DNA from: a virus
Taxonomy: Duplodnaviria; Caudoviricetes
Strand: one strand, 5' to 3'
IMG/VR virus record: IMGVR_UViG_3300037171_000150
Location: 1,612 to 65,611 of that record
Length of the DNA: 64,000 nt
Below are positions 1-8,777 of this stretch, piece by piece. Both the position numbers and the translations under genes were made by a program. Below the pieces are notes generated by a model. That model was not told the origin of the DNA and made no database searches. It worked only from the letters and a program-made list of their open reading frames with translations. Position 1 is the stretch's first letter. Each line of letters begins with the position of its first letter.

Positions 1-293
1 AGCGTCACTCGCAGATAACGCATCTGATGCAGCCATGTCGCCATCAGAGGGATGAATTTCTGCTCTCTGGCACCCATCTGGACGCGCGCCTCTTCTGTCT
101 TCATGCGCAAGAACTCGATGGCCTCGGCCTGGGTGCGGGGCGCGCCGTCGATCTCGCCCATGCAGATGCGGTTCAGGGCTTCACGGATGCGGCGGAGCGC
201 TTGCGGCCGGCCTGTGCGCCGCGGGTAGGCGTTGTAGATCGAGACCGGGACGGTTTCGGGGTAGTCGGCGGGTTCGGCGAAGAGTTCGGTCAT
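1..293 (-). CDS. Partial ORF (runs off window start) resembling the C-terminal domain of phage replication initiator proteins
   Basis: Not in ORF track; hand translation MTELFAEPADYPETVPVSIYNAYPRRTGRPQALRRI...QKFIPLMATWLHQMRYL matches the 'YPRxxG...FIPxxATWLNQxRW' pattern; ATG overlaps the stop of the upstream gene. Confidence 0.6.
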   Translation of the reverse strand, partial: MTELFAEPADYPETVPVSIYNAYPRRTGRPQALRRIREALNRICMGEIDGAPRTQAEAIEFLRMKTEEARVQMGAREQKFIPLMATWLHQMRYLRVT

Positions 294-499
294 ATCTTTT
301 CTTTCGCTTTCTCTCGAAACTGCTCTAATGTCAGACCCCTACTCTTGAGAGCATCTTTCAATGCAAACTCAAATACGTTACAACCGGGGTCCCCGCCAAA
401 CATCTGCGCGTATTCATGAAAGTCTCCGATGAATTCCCTCTCCCAATCGAAGAATTGTGCTGCTTGGCGCATCGCCTGCGCGATTTCAGGGATATTCAT
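290..499 (-). CDS. Hypothetical phage protein
   Basis: ORF with GGAG RBS before ATG at 499; overlaps neighbours (ATGA-type coupling). Confidence 0.6.
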   Translation of the reverse strand: MNIPEIAQAMRQAAQFFDWEREFIGDFHEYAQMFGGDPGCNVFEFALKDALKSRGLTLEQFREKAKEKI

Positions 500-1320
500 A
501 CACTCTCCATCTTTCTCACTGGCACGCCATAAGCCCATGACAGCGACTCAAGTCCCTCTTCGAGCAACCACAATTCCTTTGGATAAGCGAACTCCGAGCG
601 GAACCCGTTCGTGCATTCTATGACGCGGCCCCAAATCTCAACCGTGCCGACCACCTTCACGTTGTTGGCGTAGCCCTCCAGCACCTTCACCATATCCTCG
701 AACTTCTTGAAGGACCAGTAGCCGCAAGCGCATTTCATTTGCGGGGCGGGATGATTGTGGTCTCGGCAATCTGCCTGCTCTGCTTTCTTTGGCCGCCATG
801 TTGCATCGGATCCCAGCGCCGCAAGCCGTCCATTGTCGATGTCCCAGCCACGCCAGGCGGTGATGGTATGCACGTAGTCGGGCGACTTGACTGGCTCCGG
901 CGGTTCCGGGTCGGCGATCTTTGCGGCATTGACGCACTTCAACTTCTTGATCTTCCTGCCGAGCTTCGCGTAGGGAGTTTCGGTGAGTGGTGCCACGCTA
1001 GGATCTGCGCCGGGCGCGTAAGCTCTACGCAGGATGCCGCCGTAGGTTGGATACGTTGGCGAAGCCCAGAACGGCATCGATGTAAACGCATTATTCATAA
1101 TCGCATTCAAGGTGTCCTGCAAACTTCTCTTCGCCCAGATCGGGAACTCCGGCGTGCCCACGTTCTCGTAGTTGCCCTGCTTGGAGATGTCGTACTTGTC
1201 CATCTTCTCGTCGAGCGCGGAGCGCGGCGGGGCAACAATCCCACTCGGAGCCTCGGAGGGGAAATGCGTACTCACCTCAAGGCTGTCGAGGATTGCTTCG
1301 AGTTTCTTGCGATCAAACAC
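496..1320 (-). CDS. Conserved phage hypothetical protein (C-terminal WRxW...CxCGxW...GxVxxWGxVIE domain)
   Basis: GTG start at 1320 with GAGGAG RBS; Cys/His-containing C-terminal domain. Confidence 0.65.
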   Translation of the reverse strand: MFDRKKLEAILDSLEVSTHFPSEAPSGIVAPPRSALDEKMDKYDISKQGNYENVGTPEFPIWAKRSLQDTLNAIMNNAFTSMPFWASPTYPTYGGILRRAYAPGADPSVAPLTETPYAKLGRKIKKLKCVNAAKIADPEPPEPVKSPDYVHTITAWRGWDIDNGRLAALGSDATWRPKKAEQADCRDHNHPAPQMKCACGYWSFKKFEDMVKVLEGYANNVKVVGTVEIWGRVIECTNGFRSEFAYPKELWLLEEGLESLSWAYGVPVRKMESV

Positions 1321-1441
1321 GGGCTGGCTCCTCTTCGGGTTGTCTTTCTGGTTGATGGTCGGGCTCCGGCTGCTCGCGCAACGGCTCCGGCAACTCGATC
1401 GGCTCGACGATGATCTCGCGCTGCGGCTCACCTATGTTCAT
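1313..1441 (-). CDS. Small acidic Pro/Glu-rich protein (42 aa)
   Basis: Hand translation MNIGEPQREIIVEPIELPEPLREQPEPDHQPERQPEEEPARV; GGAGG upstream; fills the gap between two genes with overlapping start/stop. Confidence 0.6.
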   Translation of the reverse strand: MNIGEPQREIIVEPIELPEPLREQPEPDHQPERQPEEEPARV

Positions 1442-1803
1442 GGTTCCTCCACTGGTATTCCGAGTTTGGCGCAGACTTCGGCATAGCTTCCCTCACACCA
1501 TCTGCCAGGATCTTCTCCGCCTTCGTTGCGCATGATGATGACGCATTGATCGGGCTTCGGTGAGGATACTGAGGCCACCTCGCGCGCATCCACCACATAC
1601 TTGAAGGTTCCCATCTTGAACCACACCCAACGCGGCTGCTGATTCGCTTCCGCCAACTGCCCGGCGATCTCGGCCAGCCAGTAGCAGACGCCGAGCATCA
1701 TTTCTTCCTGGCGCTGAATGTCCGACTGGCTATCGACAGACTCACGTCTATCCATGTCCTTGGCGATGGCTTCTTGCCGGGTACGAATTTCTGATGGGAT
1801 CAC
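1438..1803 (-). CDS. Hypothetical phage protein
   Basis: ORF 1438..1968 trimmed to the GTG overlapping the upstream TGA. Confidence 0.55.
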   Translation of the reverse strand: MIPSEIRTRQEAIAKDMDRRESVDSQSDIQRQEEMMLGVCYWLAEIAGQLAEANQQPRWVWFKMGTFKYVVDAREVASVSSPKPDQCVIIMRNEGGEDPGRWCEGSYAEVCAKLGIPVEEP

Positions 1804-2099
1804 TGAGCCACACTTTTGGGTTTCTTTTCGGGTTTGGGTTCGTCCAGGTAACGGACAAATTCTACACTCAAAGGCACCTCCCGCAACCACCCTCCTTTCT
1901 GTGCGTGTTCGACTATTCGGAGGACTGCCGGTTTCATACAATCTCCGCAGTCCGGGCAAACTATCCAAGGGTTTTTGGGTGTTGGGGAAACCGCCCAGGC
2001 CGTCCTAAGAACGTGGTGATTTGTCAAACAAGCATATCCCGACTGAAATGATTCTTCTGTCTCGGGTTCTTTCTTCGGCTTTTTATTCCACCAGGTCAT
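1800..2099 (-). CDS. Hypothetical protein with CxxxH...CPDC putative zinc-binding motif
   Basis: GGAGG RBS before ATG 2099; Cys motifs. Confidence 0.55.
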   Translation of the reverse strand: MTWWNKKPKKEPETEESFQSGYACLTNHHVLRTAWAVSPTPKNPWIVCPDCGDCMKPAVLRIVEHAQKGGWLREVPLSVEFVRYLDEPKPEKKPKSVAQ

Positions 2100-2298
2100 G
2101 TTTTCCTCCACATCCGTAGTCTACTACTTCTTTCAAGAAGTCCACAAACTTGTCGCTCCCTTGCAGGATCAGTTCGTGGAACTCGTCGGGTTGCATCAGC
2201 ATGTGTCTCCTCAGAAACCAGCCCCAGGGAGAGTTGTTGTCCTCTATCCGCAGGTCGAGGGGTCCGGGTTTGGTGCCGTCGATGACTAAGCGTTTCAT
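2083..2298 (-). CDS. Hypothetical phage protein
   Basis: AAGGAG RBS before ATG 2298. Confidence 0.55.
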   Translation of the reverse strand: MKRLVIDGTKPGPLDLRIEDNNSPWGWFLRRHMLMQPDEFHELILQGSDKFVDFLKEVVDYGCGGKHDLVE

Positions 2299-2455
2299 TG
2301 AGACTCCTTGTCCATTATCCGGACGGGGTTGATTGTGCAAGCGGCTAAATCATCTGCGATCTCATCAACATCCTTTCTGCCGTGTGTTCGTTCGATAGAC
2401 AAGGGAGATTGATTTTACAGCCAAACTCCCACTTATGGGAAGATTCAGGGAAGAG

Positions 2456-2998
2456 TTACTCGCGGGACTCCATCATCCAATCGGCCATCTGATATGCCAG
2501 CCCCGCTGTTGATTGATGCGCCTGCACTTGCGGATCAGCTAGCATCCCGTTCAGCGCCGCCATCGCAAACTGGTCGCGCAGAGTGGCCATCTCCGGCATC
2601 GGCGTGTAGGTTATCTTGCCCGGCTGCGGGTCGAGGTAAAAGAACTTGGCATTACACTCGTCGCAATGGTGCGCGCCGTCCGTGTTGCGGTAGGAAACCT
2701 TGACCGGCTCCGGCACGACGTACATTCGGCGCTGCCACTCGGTCAACATAGTTCTCGCTTGATCTTTTTCGATGCAGGGTCGGTAACGCGCAAGCGATCT
2801 TCCAGTTGCCCTTATCAGGTTAATCAGTTCGTCACACTGCTCGTCGCTCGGCACCCTTGGGTTCTCAGACTGCCAGCGCAGGGCCGCTTCGAGAAATTCC
2901 CAATACGATGTGATGTTTGGCGTATTTGCCCAATCGTCAAGGGAATTACCCGCAGCCACTCTCATCCCTTCCGGTAATACAAATCGCTTCTCGCTCAT
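2456..2998 (-). CDS. Hypothetical phage protein (C-terminal 'TLRDxFAMAALxG...AYxMADxM' motif)
   Basis: The C-terminal motif is common in small early phage proteins; coupled to the upstream gene. Confidence 0.65.
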   Translation of the reverse strand: MSEKRFVLPEGMRVAAGNSLDDWANTPNITSYWEFLEAALRWQSENPRVPSDEQCDELINLIRATGRSLARYRPCIEKDQARTMLTEWQRRMYVVPEPVKVSYRNTDGAHHCDECNAKFFYLDPQPGKITYTPMPEMATLRDQFAMAALNGMLADPQVQAHQSTAGLAYQMADWMMESRE

Positions 2999-3207
2999 GC
3001 CGTTACTTTCCTCCACCTGTCCCTGCCGCCGACATATATGTCGCGGACGCGCTCAACGTAAATGGTTGCACCAGGGTATCTCTCACGAGCCCAATCAATA
3101 GCTTCAGTTTGGGTCGGAAAGACTGCGCTAGCCCTTTCTGATCCTGGCCGTCTTACCGCATAGTCCCCCTGCTCACGTCTTTCGATATACAGTTCGATCT
3201 TCCTCAT
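2995..3207 (-). CDS. DUF2188-family small protein
   Basis: 'YAVRRPGSERASAVFPTQTEAIDWAR' typical of DUF2188. Confidence 0.7.
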   Translation of the reverse strand: MRKIELYIERREQGDYAVRRPGSERASAVFPTQTEAIDWARERYPGATIYVERVRDIYVGGRDRWRKVTA

Positions 3208-4352
3208 GCGGTCCTCCGCTGTGGCAGCATCTCCACAATCTTAGCGTTCTCGGGCCGCAGATGCTCCGCGCTGTCCCGGCCGCCATAGGTGTTGATCGTC
3301 GTCGCGATCTTGGCGTGACGCATCAAGCCGCGCTGCGTCTCCATATCGATGCCAAGAGTGCGCATCATGGCGCGGTGCGTGTGGCGGAAACTATGAAAGC
3401 CAAGCCCAGGCAGACCGATGCGCTCACCAGCCGGCTGCAGGTACTCTGCGCGGAGCCAATCTCGATCCAGTGGCCGCCCCGTCCGCTCCGAGCAGAATAT
3501 CCAGCGGCTCTTCAACGCCTCGTGCGCCTTCCAGCCGCGCAAAATTTCAATAAGCGCGTCATGCAGCGGCAACGTGGCCGCCGAGGTCTTGCTCTTCGTG
3601 TCGTTGGCCTTGCCGTGGACCACGCTGCGCTGGATGTGGATGGTTTTGGCCTCGAAGTTGCAGTCTTCCCATCGGAGGCCGAGGATCTCGCTGACACGCA
3701 AGCCGAGCCCTGCCGCCATTTGTACCATGACTTTCACGACCTCCGGCAACTGCGGATCGTCGAGCAATGCCTGGTACTGGTCAAGGCTAAGGATGACGAG
3801 TTCCTTGGCGCGCGTCGAGGAGCCCTTCAAGCGGATGAGATCCATGGGATTCCGATCAACTTGAGCGTGACCCCAGAGCATCGCCTTCTCGATAAGCAGG
3901 TGGAGCAGGTTCCGTACTTGGCCGCGGTAGAGCGCCGACACCGGGACGGCCGGGCCGCGCTTCGGATGGCGCCCGATCACCGGCAAGTCTTTCAGCCAGG
4001 CCTCGACGGCCAGAACTTCCCGGCAGAAGGCGTCTATGCGTAGACCGCCCCACTGCGCCTCGATCCGCTTGAAGATGCTGCGGTAGCTGGCGGCAGTCGT
4101 CTCGCGCTCCGGCGGGCATTCTTTCCAGAATTTCTCGATAAGGTCGGCCATGGTGATGCACTCGACGTTGGAGTTGGCCAGCTTGCGGAAGCGCTCGGCG
4201 GCCTTCTCGGCCTGGGCGCGCAGTGGAAATTGCTTGACAGTGCCAACCCATTCGCTGCGCTGGACATCGCCTTCTCTCCAACGAAAACGCCATGCAGCGC
4301 CGCACTTGCGCTCGACTCTGACGATCGATCCCTGCTGGAATGAGGTTCGCAT
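3204..4352 (-). CDS. int: Tyrosine recombinase / phage integrase
   Basis: Catalytic motifs GLRVSE (R), KSK (K), HSFR (HxxR), MRHA (H), TYG (Y); N-terminal arm-binding-like 'QQGSI...WRFRWRE'. Confidence 0.95.
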   Translation of the reverse strand: MRTSFQQGSIVRVERKCGAAWRFRWREGDVQRSEWVGTVKQFPLRAQAEKAAERFRKLANSNVECITMADLIEKFWKECPPERETTAASYRSIFKRIEAQWGGLRIDAFCREVLAVEAWLKDLPVIGRHPKRGPAVPVSALYRGQVRNLLHLLIEKAMLWGHAQVDRNPMDLIRLKGSSTRAKELVILSLDQYQALLDDPQLPEVVKVMVQMAAGLGLRVSEILGLRWEDCNFEAKTIHIQRSVVHGKANDTKSKTSAATLPLHDALIEILRGWKAHEALKSRWIFCSERTGRPLDRDWLRAEYLQPAGERIGLPGLGFHSFRHTHRAMMRTLGIDMETQRGLMRHAKIATTINTYGGRDSAEHLRPENAKIVEMLPQRRTA

Positions 4353-4367
4353 CGGTGGTTCCTTTCC

Positions 4368-4961
4368 TTACTTGGGAAGTGATTCAATAATTGCTTTGAT
4401 CCATGCGTTCGCTTCGGCATTGTTCTTCAAGTCTTTCGCCCAATACTCCGCATGGTAGGCAACGTTCCTTTCGAGTTCCGAACGCCGTGATTCGATCCAC
4501 GCGGCGATAGCCTTCTTGCTTGTGTTTGGCTTCTTGACAGCGTAGTATTTAAGGTCCGACAAAGAGATAGTCAACTGCTCTAACATGAACTCTTTGTAGC
4601 GAATATGCTCAGGCGTGGGAGGCTTCCACTTCTTCGCCTGAGCGATCATGCGGTTGAGCCTCTTGTTCTCCTCGATTGCCCGCTTTCTGGATTCCTTCGA
4701 CCGCTCGTAGCTCTCTTTGATAGCCAGGACGGCATTGTCGGCCTGGATTGCGGGTGTAAGAGAATTGAAGGCACAAAGAAGGATCTTCGCCTTCGCTAAG
4801 GATTTCTTGTGGTAGTCTCTCAGAGGTACTTCGGTGACCACCTTTCTCATATTCTCGCCTCGAAGACTAACGAGCGCTCCGAATGCGCTCATACACCTCA
4901 GCGCGAACTCGCGGAAGGTGATGTTTTTCTCGATCACATCGGCTGTATATCCGGTTGGCAT
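4368..4961 (-). CDS. Conserved phage hypothetical protein (MPTGYT... family)
   Basis: AAAGGA RBS and upstream sigma70-like promoter; helical protein. Confidence 0.7.
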   Translation of the reverse strand: MPTGYTADVIEKNITFREFALRCMSAFGALVSLRGENMRKVVTEVPLRDYHKKSLAKAKILLCAFNSLTPAIQADNAVLAIKESYERSKESRKRAIEENKRLNRMIAQAKKWKPPTPEHIRYKEFMLEQLTISLSDLKYYAVKKPNTSKKAIAAWIESRRSELERNVAYHAEYWAKDLKNNAEANAWIKAIIESLPK

Positions 4962-4985
4962 GAGGTTCCTTTCCTTACGATTCCC

Positions 4986-5018
4986 ATTATAAGCACAAAG
5001 CGAAACCAATTGCAAGCG
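4986..5018 (-). promoter_or_regulatory. sigma70-like promoter TTGCAA-N18-TATAAT
   Basis: -35 at 5010-5015, -10 at 4986-4991; carries the CGCTTGCAA element. Confidence 0.75.
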
Positions 5019-5087
5019 TGAAATTAAAACGACGGGCAACTTTACGTCACCCGCCGTCAACTCGTCTCTTCTCGCCGGCAGATGCCG

Positions 5088-5402
5088 TTACTTGAGGGTG
5101 ATAAAACTGGTGAAATTGTCCTCGACGCAGATGGCAACGTAGTTCGCCACGGTGCGCCGTTCAACCTTGGCTGCCGTTTCCAGGGCCGCGTACTGATCCG
5201 GGTTGAGCTGCAAGAGAACGCCTTTGGCCCCTGCGGGCCGGTTGGACTTGCGCTCCTTCGCGGCACCGGCCGGAGGTTCTGCTGCGGGTGCTGCGGGTTG
5301 ATGCGCCGAGTTGAGCTTCTCCAGGCGCTTGCTGGCTTCTTCGATCTGCTCTTCGCTGAGCCGTTCCGTGTCAAACGATGTTGCTGTTCCGTTTCCTGCC
5401 AT
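5088..5402 (-). CDS. Ribbon-helix-helix-like DNA-binding protein
   Basis: C-terminal 'VLLQLNPDQYAALETAAKVERRTVANYV' beta-alpha-alpha pattern; GAGGAG RBS. Confidence 0.6.
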   Translation of the reverse strand: MAGNGTATSFDTERLSEEQIEEASKRLEKLNSAHQPAAPAAEPPAGAAKERKSNRPAGAKGVLLQLNPDQYAALETAAKVERRTVANYVAICVEDNFTSFITLK

Positions 5403-5447
5403 TTTCTCTTTCTCCTCGTCTTTGGATTTGTGGTGCGTTGAAAGTTT

Positions 5448-5582
5448 TGCGCGGTTGTCGAGGTGCTCCGTTATGCGGAATTTCGAGGAATCCATTCCAC
5501 CAAACTACGCCCAGATCCAATCCGGCACGCATCGCGTTTGGCTTAATCCTTTGAGTTGCGTCCGCCACGCTGCAACCGCGCA
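5448..5582 (-). ncRNA. Putative structured RNA / leader (multi-stem)
   Basis: Perfect 10-bp closing stem TGCGCGGTTG/CAACCGCGCA enclosing further hairpins, in a 235-bp intergenic gap. Confidence 0.45.
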
Positions 5583-5636
5583 TCCTCTACAAACTTACCC
5601 AAAAGGGAATTACCCCAGAAGGGGATTGCAGAGAAA

Positions 5637-5873
5637 TTAAACCCCTTTGATATTCTTCACTGCGTCCACAACCTGTCCAACCGTCATCGCCGCGGTGATC
5701 GCGCTGTCGGGGATTTCAATGTCAAACTCTTCTTCGAGATCCTGGGCAAGTTCGATCAGTTCGATACTGTCCAAGCCAAGATCGTTCACCAATTCATTAT
5801 CGTCCGTGACGCTTGCAATGTCAATACCAAAGTTGAAGAGAACGCTGCGTACTTGCTTTGAGATTGTGTCCAT
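5637..5873 (-). CDS. acpP: Acyl carrier protein
   Basis: 'DLGLDSIELIELAQDLEEEFDIEIPD...TVGQVV' with the phosphopantetheine-attachment Ser intact. Confidence 0.92.
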   Translation of the reverse strand: MDTISKQVRSVLFNFGIDIASVTDDNELVNDLGLDSIELIELAQDLEEEFDIEIPDSAITAAMTVGQVVDAVKNIKGV

Positions 5874-5874
5874 G

Positions 5875-7293
5875 TTACCCCCTTGCCAGATTGTCAAACC
5901 TTGTTAGACTGCCTTCAAATGCCAACTTCACTACGTCGGTAGGGCCGTTGCGCTGCTTTGCGATGATAATCTCAGCCAGACCCTTCAAATCTTGATTGTC
6001 CCTATCATAATACTCTGGCCTGTGGACAAAACAAATCACATCTCCATCTTGCTCAATTTGTCCGCTTTCACGAAGGTCCGACAAAACAGGCCTCTTGTCT
6101 TGGCGCTGTTCCGGTTGGCGATTAAGTTGCGCTAGAGCTACTACACAACAATCCAACTCTTTCGCCATCGCTTTCAATGACCTGGATACATGAGCGATCT
6201 CCTCTTGCCTGTTTCCAGTCTTTACGCCAGCCGCCATTAGCTGTAAATAGTCGCACACGGCCAAGTCAAGCCTTCCCTCGCGCTGCTTAAGCCGACGCGC
6301 CTTAGCTCTCATCTGGACTGGCGTCAAGGTAGGGGAGTCGTCGATGAAGATATGAGATTCAAGAAGATCATTCAACGCAACTCCTAGTTTACGCTTCTCC
6401 TCGCCGCTCAGGAACCATCCGTCCATCGCCCGCTTCACGTCAACCCGCGCCCTTGACGCCATAAAACGCCGCTCAATAGACGACCTTGACATTTCCAATG
6501 AGAAGAATGCAGCCACTTTATCTGTTCCGCAGCAGACGTTCTCGATGAGGTTCATAGCTATGGCCGTCTTACCCATACTCGGCCGTCCAGCCCAAACCGT
6601 CAACTCTTGCTTCTGCAGCCCGCCAGTGAGCCGGTCGTAGTCAATGAACCCCGTTTGCAGCCCCGTCTTGAATTGCGGCTCGGTGTACGCCTTCAAATAG
6701 GGATCAAGACCCCCCGCGGCTTCGACCGACTGATAAATCGTCCGCAGTGCGCCAGCCTGGGCGTCTTGCGCGATCTCAAGGAGCTGGCCCTCGGCCTCTT
6801 CGAGTATCTCCAGCGCCGTCTCGCCCTGGTCAGCCGCGCGCGCAATGCCGGCGGAGAAGATCAGCATCATTTTGCGCAGGCGGCTCTTATCGAGGACCAG
6901 CCGGATATACTCGCCGATCACCGGGCGCCGGGGAAGCCCCTCCGTCAAGCTGGCCAGGTACGCAATGCCGCCGATAGTGTCCCGTTCCTTATAACGGTCG
7001 AGCTCCGCAGAGAGCGTCACAATGTCTACCGCCTGGTTCGCGTCCACCAGTTCACTCATGCGCAGGAAGATGCGGCGATGAGAATCAAGTGAAAAGTCGT
7101 CCTCGGAGAGCTTTTCGGCGGCCTCGTTGAAGGCGGTTTGGTCGAGGAGAATCGCCCCGAGGATCGTCTTTTCAGCATACACATTCGCCGGCAACCCCTG
7201 GTCGAGCGCCAAGTCGGGAATACGCGCCTGCTTCCGCTCTGCCGGCGGCTCAGGCGCTTTGTCGGGAAGTTTGAAGTTTTGCAGGTCAGACAC
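5875..7293 (-). CDS. dnaB: Replicative DNA helicase DnaB
   Basis: Walker A GRPSMGKT, FSLEM, DYLQLM, AQLNR, SDLRESGQIEQD, KQRNG. Confidence 0.97.
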   Translation of the reverse strand: MSDLQNFKLPDKAPEPPAERKQARIPDLALDQGLPANVYAEKTILGAILLDQTAFNEAAEKLSEDDFSLDSHRRIFLRMSELVDANQAVDIVTLSAELDRYKERDTIGGIAYLASLTEGLPRRPVIGEYIRLVLDKSRLRKMMLIFSAGIARAADQGETALEILEEAEGQLLEIAQDAQAGALRTIYQSVEAAGGLDPYLKAYTEPQFKTGLQTGFIDYDRLTGGLQKQELTVWAGRPSMGKTAIAMNLIENVCCGTDKVAAFFSLEMSRSSIERRFMASRARVDVKRAMDGWFLSGEEKRKLGVALNDLLESHIFIDDSPTLTPVQMRAKARRLKQREGRLDLAVCDYLQLMAAGVKTGNRQEEIAHVSRSLKAMAKELDCCVVALAQLNRQPEQRQDKRPVLSDLRESGQIEQDGDVICFVHRPEYYDRDNQDLKGLAEIIIAKQRNGPTDVVKLAFEGSLTRFDNLARG

Positions 7294-7295
7294 GC

Positions 7296-8774
7296 TTACC
7301 TTTCAGATATTAGGATGTTTCGGATCTCAGAGATCGTCTGGAACTTCTGCATCTTCCCATCGCAAAACACAGGCTTCAACAAACCCTGTCTCTCCTGTTT
7401 GCGTGTTTGATGATCGTAGAGGACGTAGTGGCCATTCTCTTTCTCAACGCGAATCAATCCGCAGGCCGACTTCTTGACTCCATTATCCGTTTTCGGGTCT
7501 TTGAAGAGTTCCCGTTCTGTGCCATTAACGACTCCCCAGGTTGCCTTGATCGCTGTTCCGAACGTGTCTCGCGTGACGTGCTGGTAGGTGAAGCTGCCGA
7601 CACCAAAAACGATATTTTCGCTGGAGAATCCGTCGCAATACAACCTCTCCAAGATGTCAGTGGCGCGCTCTAGGCTGATACTGTCCCCGTAAATCAATCC
7701 AACGTGAGAGTCAAGGGTTTTGTACCCTTTGCTTGTCTCGGTTCCGCCGAAGACTTCCCATAGAACTTGAACCGCCCCTTTGCGCGCAGGGCTTCCCTCT
7801 GGAGCAATGGGGTCGCCGCAGATGATATTGGCGGGGTCACCACTATCGGGCCGAAACACCACCTTGCCATCGCGAATCAATATCATCGACTTCAATTCGC
7901 TGGCCGTCTCGGTGAGTACGTGCCAGAAATCCCAGGTGTCGCTCACGATGCTGACAATGCCGACAGGGTAGACTTCGGAAATCAGGCGGCGATATGTCTC
8001 CAGTTCTCCAGCTTCTCCACCCATGCACATTACGGAGTGCTCGGTAGCCGGTACGCTTCCACCAATGAAATTTCCATCTCCGTAATACTCCTCCACGTAG
8101 TCGATCGCTGAGATTGTGTCGGTTCCCGTGAAGCTCAACAGGTGACCGGCTCCGCTCTGCGAGGCGTCCGTAATTCCGCTCAATCCTCGAAAACTGAAAT
8201 CGTGTCCCTGCCAGGAGATGTAATCTTTGTCGGCTCCCGTGGTCTCGGCATAACGTTCCAGCAAGCGGCGGTATTCGTGGGCAATAGTCGCACTGGTCAT
8301 TTGCTTCCACAACTCCGCGCTGAGCTGCGTCTCCAGATAGTTCGTCACCCAGAAGAACTCCGGTATCGTGTTGACGATAGTCCACATCGGAACGCGCATA
8401 TCAACCCGGCTTCCCTCTGGAAGAGATTTGATGAGAACCGGAAGGTATCCCAGGTCGTACAATGCCTCAATATGCCCAACACTCACAGCACCGGGACCAA
8501 GCGAACTATCCATGCGCCGCTGGTACTTCTCTAAAACCCAGGATTTTGGCTTCTGGAAGAACTCGCGATTCCACAGGTCGATCAACAGCCACTGGCAGAC
8601 GCCCTGCAAACCGAAGAAAACAACCTTGTGGTCAAAATCCGGCAGCACTTGAGCCCATCGATCGCTACGACATGTCCAGTTGGAGTACACGTATTCTGTC
8701 CCTTCCGGGTACTGGCGAATATGCCCAGTCTTGTAGAAGTCTGTTGCGTGGGGCGGGAAAATATGCACTGTCAC
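7296..8774 (-). CDS. Nicotinamide phosphoribosyltransferase-family enzyme (Namat-like, NARP1)
   Basis: TDFYKTGH, HDFSFRG, GTDT, PATEHS, SIVSDTWD, RPDSGDP, IYGDSI, GVGSFTYQ motifs. Confidence 0.95.
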   Translation of the reverse strand: MTVHIFPPHATDFYKTGHIRQYPEGTEYVYSNWTCRSDRWAQVLPDFDHKVVFFGLQGVCQWLLIDLWNREFFQKPKSWVLEKYQRRMDSSLGPGAVSVGHIEALYDLGYLPVLIKSLPEGSRVDMRVPMWTIVNTIPEFFWVTNYLETQLSAELWKQMTSATIAHEYRRLLERYAETTGADKDYISWQGHDFSFRGLSGITDASQSGAGHLLSFTGTDTISAIDYVEEYYGDGNFIGGSVPATEHSVMCMGGEAGELETYRRLISEVYPVGIVSIVSDTWDFWHVLTETASELKSMILIRDGKVVFRPDSGDPANIICGDPIAPEGSPARKGAVQVLWEVFGGTETSKGYKTLDSHVGLIYGDSISLERATDILERLYCDGFSSENIVFGVGSFTYQHVTRDTFGTAIKATWGVVNGTERELFKDPKTDNGVKKSACGLIRVEKENGHYVLYDHQTRKQERQGLLKPVFCDGKMQKFQTISEIRNILISER

Positions 8775-8777
8775 CTC

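Noticed and set aside
5448-5582. tRNA
   Set aside because: No TTC-containing T-loop or anticodon arm geometry; retained only as an unknown structured RNA
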